From an uncultured archaeon (GTDB lineage: Archaea > Aenigmatarchaeota > Aenigmatarchaeia > GW2011-AR5 > JAHLMP01): a stretch of 35,446 nucleotides of DNA. Where the stretch lies: positions 1 to 35,446 of the forward strand of contig CAZBKL010000002.1 in assembly GCA_964492465.1 (NCBI GenBank). Direction: 5' to 3'. Under the pieces are notes generated by a model that did not search any database, had not been told where the DNA came from, and was given only the letters and a program-made list of their open reading frames with translations. The translations under genes and the position numbers were made by a program. How positions within the stretch are numbered: position 1 is the stretch's first letter; each line of letters opens with the position of its first letter. Of the stretch, positions 17,198 to 25,362 are shown one piece after another.

Positions 17198-17722
17198 ATG
17201 AATATGGAGCAGACAATAAAAGGAAATAAAATCCTGCTGTTTGTGGTATCAAACAAAAATTATATAAAAAACATAAATGAAATAGCTTATGGCGTTTCAA
17301 ATGTGAGCAGGAGCATAGTTTATGTTACCCTCAACAAGCCTTACAAAGTGCTTGTAGAATCCTTTGAAAAAAAGGGCATTAATGCGAAAAAAATGGCATT
17401 CATTGACTGTGCCAGCGGAAGCATCCAAAAGCCCAAGGACTATGATGTATTGTTTGTCTCTTCTCCGGAGGCCCTCACGGAATTGAGCATAACAATAAAC
17501 GAGACTATGAAAAAATCCACAAACATCATAATCTTTGATTCGGTATCCACACTCCTTGTGTACAAGGAGCCATCAATTGTCGTCAAATTCATCCACTCCA
17601 TGATATCCAAGATAAGGGCTGCTGACAAGAAATGCGTGATGATATCGCTGTCAGAGGATGCAAATAAAACAGTGCTGAAGGATATAGGGATGTTTATAGA
17701 CAAAATGGTTGTGCTGAAATAG
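17198..17722 (+). CDS. P-loop-less RecA/KaiC-fold protein (DUF835-like), paralog 1
   Basis: From ATG 17198, which avoids overlap with the divergent KaiC gene. It has a beta-alpha pattern like KaiC, but the Walker A position reads LLFVVSNKNYIK. Walker-B-like IIIFDSVSTLLVY. Motifs shared with 18293..18847: LNKPY, FxD, SPxxLxEL, FDxxSTLLxY, KFxHxMxS. Confidence 0.6.
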   Translation: MNMEQTIKGNKILLFVVSNKNYIKNINEIAYGVSNVSRSIVYVTLNKPYKVLVESFEKKGINAKKMAFIDCASGSIQKPKDYDVLFVSSPEALTELSITINETMKKSTNIIIFDSVSTLLVYKEPSIVVKFIHSMISKIRAADKKCVMISLSEDANKTVLKDIGMFIDKMVVLK

Positions 17723-17772
17723 CATTGGGGTATTAAAAAACCTTTATTAACCAGACTGATTATTATTAAATA

Positions 17773-18123
17773 ATGAGCTGTCCGTTATTTGTCGATTTTA
17801 CAAGAGAGTGTATAAAAGAAGTGGAATTCACTCCCACAGACACAACGGAATTCTGTGCAACAGAAAAATATGTTGACTGCCCTTTTTATAGACTATTGAT
17901 AAAAAAAGGGGATGTATGCAAAAATATCGGCAAATGCCCGGCATTCAAGAACTTTCAGGTTGGGGACTTCAACAAGTTTGTGGAAATCTCAAACAGGTTT
18001 TGCACATCTAAAAACCATGTGAGTTGTAAGAGATATATCACCAAAGAGAGCGGGCAGCCTGTGCCAATCAGCCTTCACCCGGACGGGAGCTTTGTTAAGG
18101 AGTGGGAAAACAAGCAGAGCTGA
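17773..18123 (+). CDS. Cys-rich small protein (8 Cys, 116 aa), function unknown
   Basis: MSCPLFVDFTRECIKE...FCATEKYVDCPFY...DVCKNIGKCPAF...RFCTSKNHVSCKRY. Spacings are C-x9-C, C-x7-C, C-x5-C and C-x7-C, which suggests metal or Fe-S binding. Confidence 0.5.
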   Translation: MSCPLFVDFTRECIKEVEFTPTDTTEFCATEKYVDCPFYRLLIKKGDVCKNIGKCPAFKNFQVGDFNKFVEISNRFCTSKNHVSCKRYITKESGQPVPISLHPDGSFVKEWENKQS

Positions 18124-18196
18124 CAATAGAACATACCCTGAAATAGACAGCAAAATGTAGATTTTTCAATGCTAAGCGGAATTCTGTTCTGAAAGC

Positions 18197-18218
18197 ACAT
18201 GTTTATACAAAAACATGT
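18197..18218 (+). promoter_or_regulatory. Inverted repeat ACATGTT-(8 nt)-AACATGT containing the 11-mer ATGTTTATACA, upstream of 18293..18847
   Basis: Read directly. The 11-mer at 18199-18209 is identical to the sense-strand repeat upstream of the giant gene. A TATA-like TTTTTTATATAGG follows near 18235-18247. Confidence 0.45.
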
Positions 18219-18292
18219 TAAATATAACTGTATTTGTTTTTTATATAGGGCACGTTTAATTAAAGTATGGATTTAAACAAAGGCGAGGGGGA

Positions 18293-18847
18293 ATGATTTC
18301 TGATATTCTGCACGAAATAACAACAAACAAGTTTCTGATAATTCTGATGAATGAGAACGAGTACACGAACAAGCTGAAGGAAATAGTTGAATCTGTGGAC
18401 AAGGACAACACCAGAATATGCTATGTATGCCTGAACAAGCCATACAGCTATGTTGTGGAAGACCTGAAATCAAGGGGTGTTGACACAAAAAACTTCTTTT
18501 TCCTGGACATACTGACTTCGCACTATGGAAAGCCGGAGCCTGCTGATAACTGTGTTTTTCTTGAATCCCCGTTAAATCTGGACGAACTCAAGAAGGCTGT
18601 GGATGGCATAGTCAGGGACAGTGGCTGTGAGGTAATACTTTTTGACACATTTTCCACGCTTCTCATATACCACAGGTCTTTCTCATTGATGAAATTCGCC
18701 CATAACATGAAAAGTGAAAAGCTGCAGGAGGAAACAAGGAAGCTCTTTATAGTGCTCAAGGAAGATATGCTTTCTGCAAACGAGGGGGGCTTTGCGAAGG
18801 ACCTTGAGATGTTTGCTGACAAGAATATAGAAATTTCATGCAAATAG
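18293..18847 (+). CDS. P-loop-less RecA/KaiC-fold protein (DUF835-like), paralog 2
   Basis: 184 aa. The Walker A position reads FLIILMNENEYT. VILFDTFSTLLIY is Walker-B-like. It aligns along its full length with 17198..17722. Confidence 0.6.
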   Translation: MISDILHEITTNKFLIILMNENEYTNKLKEIVESVDKDNTRICYVCLNKPYSYVVEDLKSRGVDTKNFFFLDILTSHYGKPEPADNCVFLESPLNLDELKKAVDGIVRDSGCEVILFDTFSTLLIYHRSFSLMKFAHNMKSEKLQEETRKLFIVLKEDMLSANEGGFAKDLEMFADKNIEISCK

Positions 18848-18921
18848 GGCCTTATGGCGCATGATGTGGAAAACGCGTGAATTCTGAAAGATTTAAATAA
18901 ATTGCTTTGAAGTATAAACTA

Positions 18922-19236
18922 ATGGCAGAGTTGTTAAATATAGACTTTAAAATGAAAAAAATTCTGGTCACGCTTGAGCTGTCGGCAGACGAGCACCAGA
19001 ATATAAAGCATCATAGGGAAATGCTGGTTGCGCCGACCAGCTCTTTTACAGATGTGCTGACTACCGGCACTCTCGGAAACAGCAACAGGATAATGCTTCC
19101 GAACAAGATACTTAAAAAAAACGATATTGCCAGGCTCAGGAAAAAGGTTCCCTGCTCTGTTTTAAAAATTAAAAAAGGGAGGTATCTTGTGATTGAGCTG
19201 GAAGGACCAAGCGCTGAGATACCTGAATTTAGATAA
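18922..19236 (+). CDS. AbrB/SpoVT-like small DNA-binding protein (tentative)
   Basis: NSNRIMLPNKILKKNDIARLRKKVPCSVLKIKKGRYLVIELEG resembles the swapped-hairpin AbrB motif (xxIPkeiRkklgi). The start is uncertain: TTG 18907, ATG 18922 or ATG 18952. Confidence 0.4.
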   Translation: MAELLNIDFKMKKILVTLELSADEHQNIKHHREMLVAPTSSFTDVLTTGTLGNSNRIMLPNKILKKNDIARLRKKVPCSVLKIKKGRYLVIELEGPSAEIPEFR

Positions 19237-19267
19237 ATAACCGGTTTTTTCATATTGATGTGGTGCT

Positions 19268-19945
19268 ATGAGGATAACAACAGGTCTTGAGAGATTGGAT
19301 GAGCTGATAGAAGGGGGCTTCCCTGAAAAGACTGCCATTCTGCTATCGGGCGGGCCAGGCGCAGGCAAAACCCTCATGGGCCTTAATTTTCTGATAGAGG
19401 GCGCGAAAAATGGTGAGAAATGCTGCTACCTTTCCCTGACAGAAAGCGAGGAAGAGCTGAAACGCGCTATTGACAGCATAGAATCCCTCAGGGCAGCAAA
19501 CGATTTTCTGGACAAGAATCTCATTCTCAAATGCATGGAGATCGGCGACGAGCTTTGCAATAATGTTGACTATTTCATAAAAACCATATCCACTTACCCG
19601 AAGCTCGACAGGATAGTGGTTGACAACATAAACAAGCTGCTTATATTTGCAGATACCAGAAAAAGCTACCGCATTAACGTGGTAAAATTAATAAAGCACC
19701 TTAAGGAGAAAGCAAACTGCTCCCTGGTTTTATGCGAGACTGAGGGGGATGTAGTGGACACCAAGAACGGGGAAGCATTTGAGTGCGACGGGGTAATTCA
19801 TCTGTCTTTCCTGGAGCTGGAGGAGAAACCTATGCGCACAATAAGAATCCAGAAGCTAAGGTACACAGACTTTGAGCCGCATGTTTCCAGGGAAATAATA
19901 ATCAACAAGAAATGCATCCGTATGGGACCGACCAAAGTAATATGA
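19268..19945 (+). CDS. KaiC/RadA-like single-domain RecA-superfamily ATPase
   Basis: 225 aa. TTGLERLDELIEGGFPEKTAILLSGGPGAGKTLMGLNF (Walker A), RIVVDNINKL (Walker B), and a KaiC-like C-terminus IRIQKLRYTDFE. Confidence 0.85.
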   Translation: MRITTGLERLDELIEGGFPEKTAILLSGGPGAGKTLMGLNFLIEGAKNGEKCCYLSLTESEEELKRAIDSIESLRAANDFLDKNLILKCMEIGDELCNNVDYFIKTISTYPKLDRIVVDNINKLLIFADTRKSYRINVVKLIKHLKEKANCSLVLCETEGDVVDTKNGEAFECDGVIHLSFLELEEKPMRTIRIQKLRYTDFEPHVSREIIINKKCIRMGPTKVI

Positions 19946-20005
19946 CGTGCGGCCGCCGGCAACAAATAAATTTCATTTATATTCTGCCCTTTTCTCTTAA
20001 TAGTT

Positions 20006-21019
20006 ATGAGAATGTCTGAGTCGCTGCGGAGAGGCACAATAGATGCAGTTACGGGGGTAATACTAAATCGGTTTAAAATAAAGAGCAGAAGAAATATGCT
20101 GTTTTTTGAGGACATACTTGCAAATTATGTAAAGACATGCGAACAAAACGGAAAGGGCGTTGAGATCAAGAAAATCAATCAAAAATGGGCCATATTATGC
20201 ATATCCCAGCTTATCCCACCTGTTCTCATAAGAATTCTTCCTGTTTCTATTTTGGCCCAAAGAATAAAGGGCGTATGGATTAATCTTGGTCTCGTTGAGG
20301 ATTTCAAAGTCGAAAAAAACGAAGATATAATAACCATCGTGACGAAAAATGAGTTCGTAACCAGGATTGTAAAAAACAATGTCTACATGTCGGGGGCATA
20401 TGAAGGTATCATAAATGAGGTTTTTGGGCTCGGTGCAATATGCATAGAAATTTCCCAAGACAAGAATATTAGTAAATACGTCTTCAAATTATCGGGTTCT
20501 CCTCCTGTTGTCAGGGGAAAGTATAAAAAAACTTACGATGCGCTGAACTCTTTTAAGTTTTTCGGGGGTTTTGGGCTCAAAGATGCGCTAAAATCCGGAA
20601 TTTTTCAATTAAGGAGTGATAATAGAATTTATTTCAGGGGAAAGTCCATAATTCCGATTGAAAATACGGTTTTTCATATATTCAGCAACCAAGGAATATT
20701 TTTAGAGGAGGTGCCAAAAATATCATTCGATTATTTCAGTAAATTGATAGAAATGGGCTCTTCAAACGAGCAAAAATTATCATTGCTTAAAAAACTGCTT
20801 CAGGCAATGGGCTGGGGTTCTATTAAGATGTCATTAAACGGACATAAAAATATTGCTATGGAGATTGCAAACCCACCATATGGATTGCAGACGGAACCCG
20901 ATAATTGGAGATTTTTGTCAATGGTTATTTTGGGATATTTCTGGTTATTAGATAATAGATTTGGAATTGATAATATTTATGAGAAACGCAATACCTTATT
21001 TATTTCATATGGCTGCTGA
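20006..21019 (+). CDS. Hypothetical protein with two V4R-like (4-vinyl-reductase / small-molecule-binding) halves (tentative)
   Basis: 337 aa. ITIVTKNEFVTRIVKNNVYMSGAYEGIINEVFGLGAICIEISQDKNISKYVFKL and LLQAMGWGSIKMSLNGHKNIAMEIANPPYG...LSMVILGYFWLL both resemble the V4R pattern, but they lack its usual Cys residues. Confidence 0.5.
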   Translation: MRMSESLRRGTIDAVTGVILNRFKIKSRRNMLFFEDILANYVKTCEQNGKGVEIKKINQKWAILCISQLIPPVLIRILPVSILAQRIKGVWINLGLVEDFKVEKNEDIITIVTKNEFVTRIVKNNVYMSGAYEGIINEVFGLGAICIEISQDKNISKYVFKLSGSPPVVRGKYKKTYDALNSFKFFGGFGLKDALKSGIFQLRSDNRIYFRGKSIIPIENTVFHIFSNQGIFLEEVPKISFDYFSKLIEMGSSNEQKLSLLKKLLQAMGWGSIKMSLNGHKNIAMEIANPPYGLQTEPDNWRFLSMVILGYFWLLDNRFGIDNIYEKRNTLFISYGC

Positions 21020-22042
21020 ACAAATATAATCAATTTCATTTCCTTCAGTTCTTCTCGCAAAGCAACCGGAAAGACATGTTTTAAATTTGCAGTATTTACA
21101 CTGGTCTGAAAATGTCAATTTTTCCTTATGCTCATTCAGCCTCTTTGAGTGGGTATTAATAAGTTTTCCATCTATCTGCAGGATATTATACATGGGTGTT
21201 CTGTCCATAGCACAGAAATAGACATCACCTTTGACTGATATCGTTGTGTAAAGACCAGCCAGCGCCACGCAATAACCCCCAGTTACGCTGAGGGCGGTCT
21301 GGAAATCGAGCGGATAGAGCGGGTCGCCAGATTCCACATTTACAGCTCCTGTCTCCTCTGCAAATCTTGTCAGCTTTTTGAGGGTCTCGATATAATCAGT
21401 CGGCAAAATGCTCATTTGCTCCTTTGCCCGCCCGGCGGGGGTCATGTCCCAAACACGGCACCGCTCCACTCCCAGCGAGCGGGCGAAATTGAATATTTCA
21501 AAAATTTCGCCCTCGTTTTCCTTTGTGAGAACAGTTTGTGATGTGCAAACGATGCCGGCGTCCTGTGCATTCTTCATGGCTTGCACAGACTTTTCAAAGG
21601 AGCCTTCGCGCCCTCTTATCTGGTCGTGCTTCCCCGGCTCTATGCTGTCTATGTTAATCTGGACCTGCGAAAGGCCGATTTCCTTCATCTCCTGCGCAAG
21701 CTCTCTTGTAAGCAGCCAACCGTTTGTATTCATGTGCACTATAAAACCGCGGTCGCTCGCCTCTTTTACAGCTTCCCTTATGTACGGATGCACAAGCGGC
21801 TCCCCGCCTGAAAAAGTCACCTGCATGACCCCTCCGCTTTTCAGTGTGTCAAGAATTTTTTTAACATTGTCCAGGCTCATGTGCTCGCCATTCTGGGTTG
21901 AGCTTGCATAGCACCATTTGCAGTTCAGGTTGCATGCTTCTGTAATCTCGAGCACGACCCATGACAGCGACCTGTTCCTGTCAAAATTCCTGAATTTCTC
22001 CCCCGCGTCCGTATGCTTCCAGCCGAATGTCACCACGCACAT
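21005..22042 (-). CDS. Radical SAM enzyme with a C-terminal SPASM/twitch-type auxiliary cluster domain
   Basis: 345 aa. LEITEACNLNCKWCY (CxxxCxxC), FSGGEPL, NTNG, and a C-terminal CKYCKFKTCLSGC. Confidence 0.85.
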   Translation of the reverse strand: MCVVTFGWKHTDAGEKFRNFDRNRSLSWVVLEITEACNLNCKWCYASSTQNGEHMSLDNVKKILDTLKSGGVMQVTFSGGEPLVHPYIREAVKEASDRGFIVHMNTNGWLLTRELAQEMKEIGLSQVQINIDSIEPGKHDQIRGREGSFEKSVQAMKNAQDAGIVCTSQTVLTKENEGEIFEIFNFARSLGVERCRVWDMTPAGRAKEQMSILPTDYIETLKKLTRFAEETGAVNVESGDPLYPLDFQTALSVTGGYCVALAGLYTTISVKGDVYFCAMDRTPMYNILQIDGKLINTHSKRLNEHKEKLTFSDQCKYCKFKTCLSGCFARRTEGNEIDYICSAAI

Positions 22043-22069
22043 CCCAAATAACCCGCAAATACGCTTATC

Positions 22070-22849
22070 TTACAGCAAAAACAGCCACAAATCAAGAAAA
22101 GCAAAAGACATCATGCCAAAACTATGCGCAAAGCCAAAATTGTTTCTGATAAGCTCAATAAGCACTATAAAATTGCATACGAGGATTATGCATAACCTGC
22201 TGAAGTCAAATGCTGCGAGCATACCTGTCAGAAAAATCAGGGCATAAATCATTTTTTTAATTTTGGCTGGCCCGAAAATCACCGGCAGGGTATTTATGCC
22301 CGCATCTTTGTCGCCCTCATAATCCCTCAAATCCGACAAAATGCTTCCTGCGAGGATGAACAAATAAAACTCAGTATAATAAAACAAAGTCCCTGCATCA
22401 ATATAGCCGTATCCCACAAGAAACAGCTGCGATATCAAAAAAGCTGTGTACAAATTTTTTATCAAAGGATGTTTTTTAATTCTGAAATGAGAGTAGGCGA
22501 TACCAGTGACAATAAACGTGAGTATGAAAAAAGCTGAATAGAAAGTGAGCGAAAACGAAAGCATGATGCTGGTAAGTGCGCAGCATGAGACAACTGCCAA
22601 ACCGAGTTTTTTATTCAAAACAAGCCTGTTCAGACTACCCCTGTTTTTCAGGTCCTCCTCTTTGTCCGTTATATTGTTGTATGAGTAAACAGCTGCGCAT
22701 GCAAAAAAGGAGCATGCCAGCACGAAAGCCGCAGAAATGCCGTGCGCTGACAGCAGTATTCCCGCAAGAGCCAGGAGAGAGGCTGAGATGCATATCCTAA
22801 CCCTGATAAAATTCAGGAATTCCATGACCATTTCTGCAACCAGGACCAT
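22070..22849 (-). CDS. UbiA-superfamily prenyltransferase, paralog 2
   Basis: 259 aa, about 8 TM helices. First Asp-rich motif NNITDKEEDL, second motif DLRDYEGDKDAGINTLP. Confidence 0.75.
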   Translation of the reverse strand: MVLVAEMVMEFLNFIRVRICISASLLALAGILLSAHGISAAFVLACSFFACAAVYSYNNITDKEEDLKNRGSLNRLVLNKKLGLAVVSCCALTSIMLSFSLTFYSAFFILTFIVTGIAYSHFRIKKHPLIKNLYTAFLISQLFLVGYGYIDAGTLFYYTEFYLFILAGSILSDLRDYEGDKDAGINTLPVIFGPAKIKKMIYALIFLTGMLAAFDFSRLCIILVCNFIVLIELIRNNFGFAHSFGMMSFAFLDLWLFLL

Positions 22850-23656
22850 TCATAAACCACTCATAACATAAATATATGGCGTGAGAAATTCCACAAGCAC
22901 AATCCTTCCGCGAACTTTCCTGGTTATTGTCCTGTTATGAATTTTTTTCAGGTTCAGTATTTTTGCAGAAAGGTTGATTACCCACGGGACTGCCATTGCA
23001 GGCGAATATATCAACCCGCCAAATGAAACCAGCGAAACCGCAGCTGCTGTTATGCAAATCATCCATGCCATTTTCAATTTGTTCGCAAGAAAGAGGTTTG
23101 TATCATCCTTTTTGTCAGTAGAATCCTTTTGGCATCCGATGTACAGGTATTGAGACATGCAAAAAACCGTTAGAGAAATTATGGGCAGGCTCATACTCTC
23201 CATAAAAAAATAATTCAGCGAAATAATTGTTACAAGCCAGGTGGTGGTCGCGAGCAGATAACACTTGATATGATACTTCTTAAGCCGTACCCTTTTGTTG
23301 GAGTAGGCAAAAAGCAAAACGGCATAATAAATTCCTGCGGCTAGCAGAACATTGCTGAATGAAGAAAGAATTAACAGGCCGAATAACAGGGATAAAAATG
23401 AGAGATTCCTCATTCCTTTTGGGGTCATAAATTTATTTACAGACAGCTTGTCATGCCTGGCATTCCTTACATCTTCATGATAATCACAGAAGTCATTGTA
23501 GATGTCGCCGAACAGGTGGACCAGAAAAAAGCCAGTGGCAATTAGGAGCAGGCTGGCACTTATATTTGAAGTCAGTGCGCCGTACATCAATATAAATCCA
23601 AACGTGAGTCCCATCCCTGGACGGACCCTTTTATATATTAAATATGGAAGTTTCAA
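22850..23656 (-). CDS. UbiA-superfamily prenyltransferase, paralog 1 (divergent)
   Basis: 268 aa, polytopic. YNDFCDYHEDVRN (NDxxDxxxD) and a second acidic patch QKDSTDKKDD. The track start is a TTG overlapping the upstream stop; ATG 23614 is an alternative. Confidence 0.7.
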   Translation of the reverse strand: MKLPYLIYKRVRPGMGLTFGFILMYGALTSNISASLLLIATGFFLVHLFGDIYNDFCDYHEDVRNARHDKLSVNKFMTPKGMRNLSFLSLLFGLLILSSFSNVLLAAGIYYAVLLFAYSNKRVRLKKYHIKCYLLATTTWLVTIISLNYFFMESMSLPIISLTVFCMSQYLYIGCQKDSTDKKDDTNLFLANKLKMAWMICITAAAVSLVSFGGLIYSPAMAVPWVINLSAKILNLKKIHNRTITRKVRGRIVLVEFLTPYIYVMSGL

Positions 23657-24783
23657 ATCACCATCCCCTGCTTATGCATACTGCTGCATAATCGCAACAC
23701 CTCTTCCTCGGAGAAAGCTCTCTTCTGCTGCTCTGACTCGCTCTTTATATGCTTCAGGAAGCCATCCAAGCTGTTCTCTGATAAGTGCACGTCAGTCTTT
23801 TCCAGTACATGCTTCAGGGCATTTTTTCCACTGTGCTTGCCGAACCTGAACTTTCGCCTGCATCCTATAAGTTCTGGTTCAAATGGCTCGAAGGTCAAAG
23901 GATGCTTTAATACAGCATCTGAATGTATGCCAGACTCATGAGAGAATATATTGCTTCCGATAATGGGCTTGTGTGGGTGTATCCTTACGCCAGAATATTT
24001 CTCAACGAGGTCGCATATTTCCTTTATTAATCCGTATCTGACATTCATTTCCATGTTTTCGAGGCATTTTAGAGCGACGCAAACTTCCTCTATTGGCGCA
24101 TTGCCTGCGCGTTCCCCTATTCCTGTAAAAGTTCCAGAAAACGCATCAGCCCCGGCTTTAATGCCTGAAATGGTATTGGCAGTTGCCATGGAAAAATCAT
24201 TATGAACGTGCATGCCGATTCTGCATCTGGTCTCTTTCTTGATGCTGGAAACAAATCCCGCAACTTCCGAAGGCCTAAGGTGCCCTACTGTGTCAGCGAT
24301 GTAAAAAATATCTATGGAATCTTCAATGCTCTTCATGAACTTCAGGAGATATGTATAATCTGCTCTTGTTGAGTCCATGCCGGCAAAGCTTATTTTCAGT
24401 CCAAGCCTGTTGGCGTATTTCACTGACTCTATTGCCCTTCTGAGGTTTGTTCTCCTGTCGTTTCCGAATTTTGGGCCGAGAAAAATGTCAGAGACTGGTG
24501 CAAAAAGGGTTATTTTTTTAATACCAAGGCTCTTAACCTGATTGATATCATCCTTTCTCATACGGCAGGTTGCAGAAATCTTGTCATGATATCTTTCTGC
24601 CAGCTCTTTTGCCAAGCGTGCCTCTGAATCAGAAACAGCAGGCATTATGTCAATCTCATCAACGCCAAATTCAACGAATTTTTCAGCCAACTCAATCTTT
24701 TCCTCGCTCGTGAACACTATGTCAGGCATCTGTTCACCGTCGCGCAAAGTCGTGTCGTGTATGTATATTTTTGTCAGGGGCAT
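23653..24783 (-). CDS. Homocitrate/2-isopropylmalate/citramalate synthase family enzyme (HMGL-like DRE-TIM, no LeuA regulatory domain)
   Basis: 376 aa. IHDTTLRDGEQMP, HVHNDFSMATANTISGIKAGA and GIGERAGNAPIEEV are present. Confidence 0.85.
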   Translation of the reverse strand: MPLTKIYIHDTTLRDGEQMPDIVFTSEEKIELAEKFVEFGVDEIDIMPAVSDSEARLAKELAERYHDKISATCRMRKDDINQVKSLGIKKITLFAPVSDIFLGPKFGNDRRTNLRRAIESVKYANRLGLKISFAGMDSTRADYTYLLKFMKSIEDSIDIFYIADTVGHLRPSEVAGFVSSIKKETRCRIGMHVHNDFSMATANTISGIKAGADAFSGTFTGIGERAGNAPIEEVCVALKCLENMEMNVRYGLIKEICDLVEKYSGVRIHPHKPIIGSNIFSHESGIHSDAVLKHPLTFEPFEPELIGCRRKFRFGKHSGKNALKHVLEKTDVHLSENSLDGFLKHIKSESEQQKRAFSEEEVLRLCSSMHKQGMVI

Positions 24784-24993
24784 GAAATCCGCTTTTGTTT
24801 AAATGTATATATATTTAATAATAATCTTATACATATAATGTATTTATATATATAATAAAATAACAAATATAATAAATTTTTATTACTAGTTATGAATTAA
24901 TAGTTATGCTATAACATTGAACTGATGGGTGTGATTAGAAGGGTACCCTAAAAGATAACAACCTTTTTAAGTAACCGGAATAAGAAAATAATA

Positions 24994-25362
24994 ATGAAAA
25001 AGAAGCTTATTATGATTGTTGACGACGAAGAGAACATCCGTGAGTTTCTTACTGTCATTCTGGAAAAGGAAAATTTTGATGTGGTAACTGCTTCTGACGG
25101 GCAAGACTGCCTTAATAAGCTTAAGACCATAAAGCCAGACCTGATACTTCTTGATATGATGATGCCCGTGATGTCTGGGAGGGAGGTTGCTGAGAAAATA
25201 AGGAAGAGCCCTGATACAAAAAACCTCAAGATAGCATTTGTCACAGTTGCGCGATTTTCTGAGCTTGGAAAAGACACGCTTTCCAAACTGAATGTTTTGG
25301 ATTACATAACAAAGCCTTTTGACAACGAGAAACTTATAGAAAGGGTGAAGAAGCTGGCTTAG
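24994..25362 (+). CDS. Stand-alone CheY-like response regulator receiver
   Basis: 122 aa. IMIVDDEENI, LILLDMMMPVMSG (phospho-Asp context), and KIAFVTV with a downstream K. Confidence 0.9.
   Translation: MKKKLIMIVDDEENIREFLTVILEKENFDVVTASDGQDCLNKLKTIKPDLILLDMMMPVMSGREVAEKIRKSPDTKNLKIAFVTVARFSELGKDTLSKLNVLDYITKPFDNEKLIERVKKLA

Noticed and set aside
21408-21911. 167-aa plus-strand ORF inside the radical SAM/SPASM gene
   Set aside because: It is antisense to a gene with a clear CxxxCxxC motif and SPASM motifs.
24790-24960. Extremely AT-rich (TA)n-containing spacer considered as a replication origin
   Set aside because: I saw no ORB-like inverted repeats flanking it and no orc1/cdc6 gene nearby. 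The simpler explanation is a divergent promoter for the biosynthetic operon and the response regulator.
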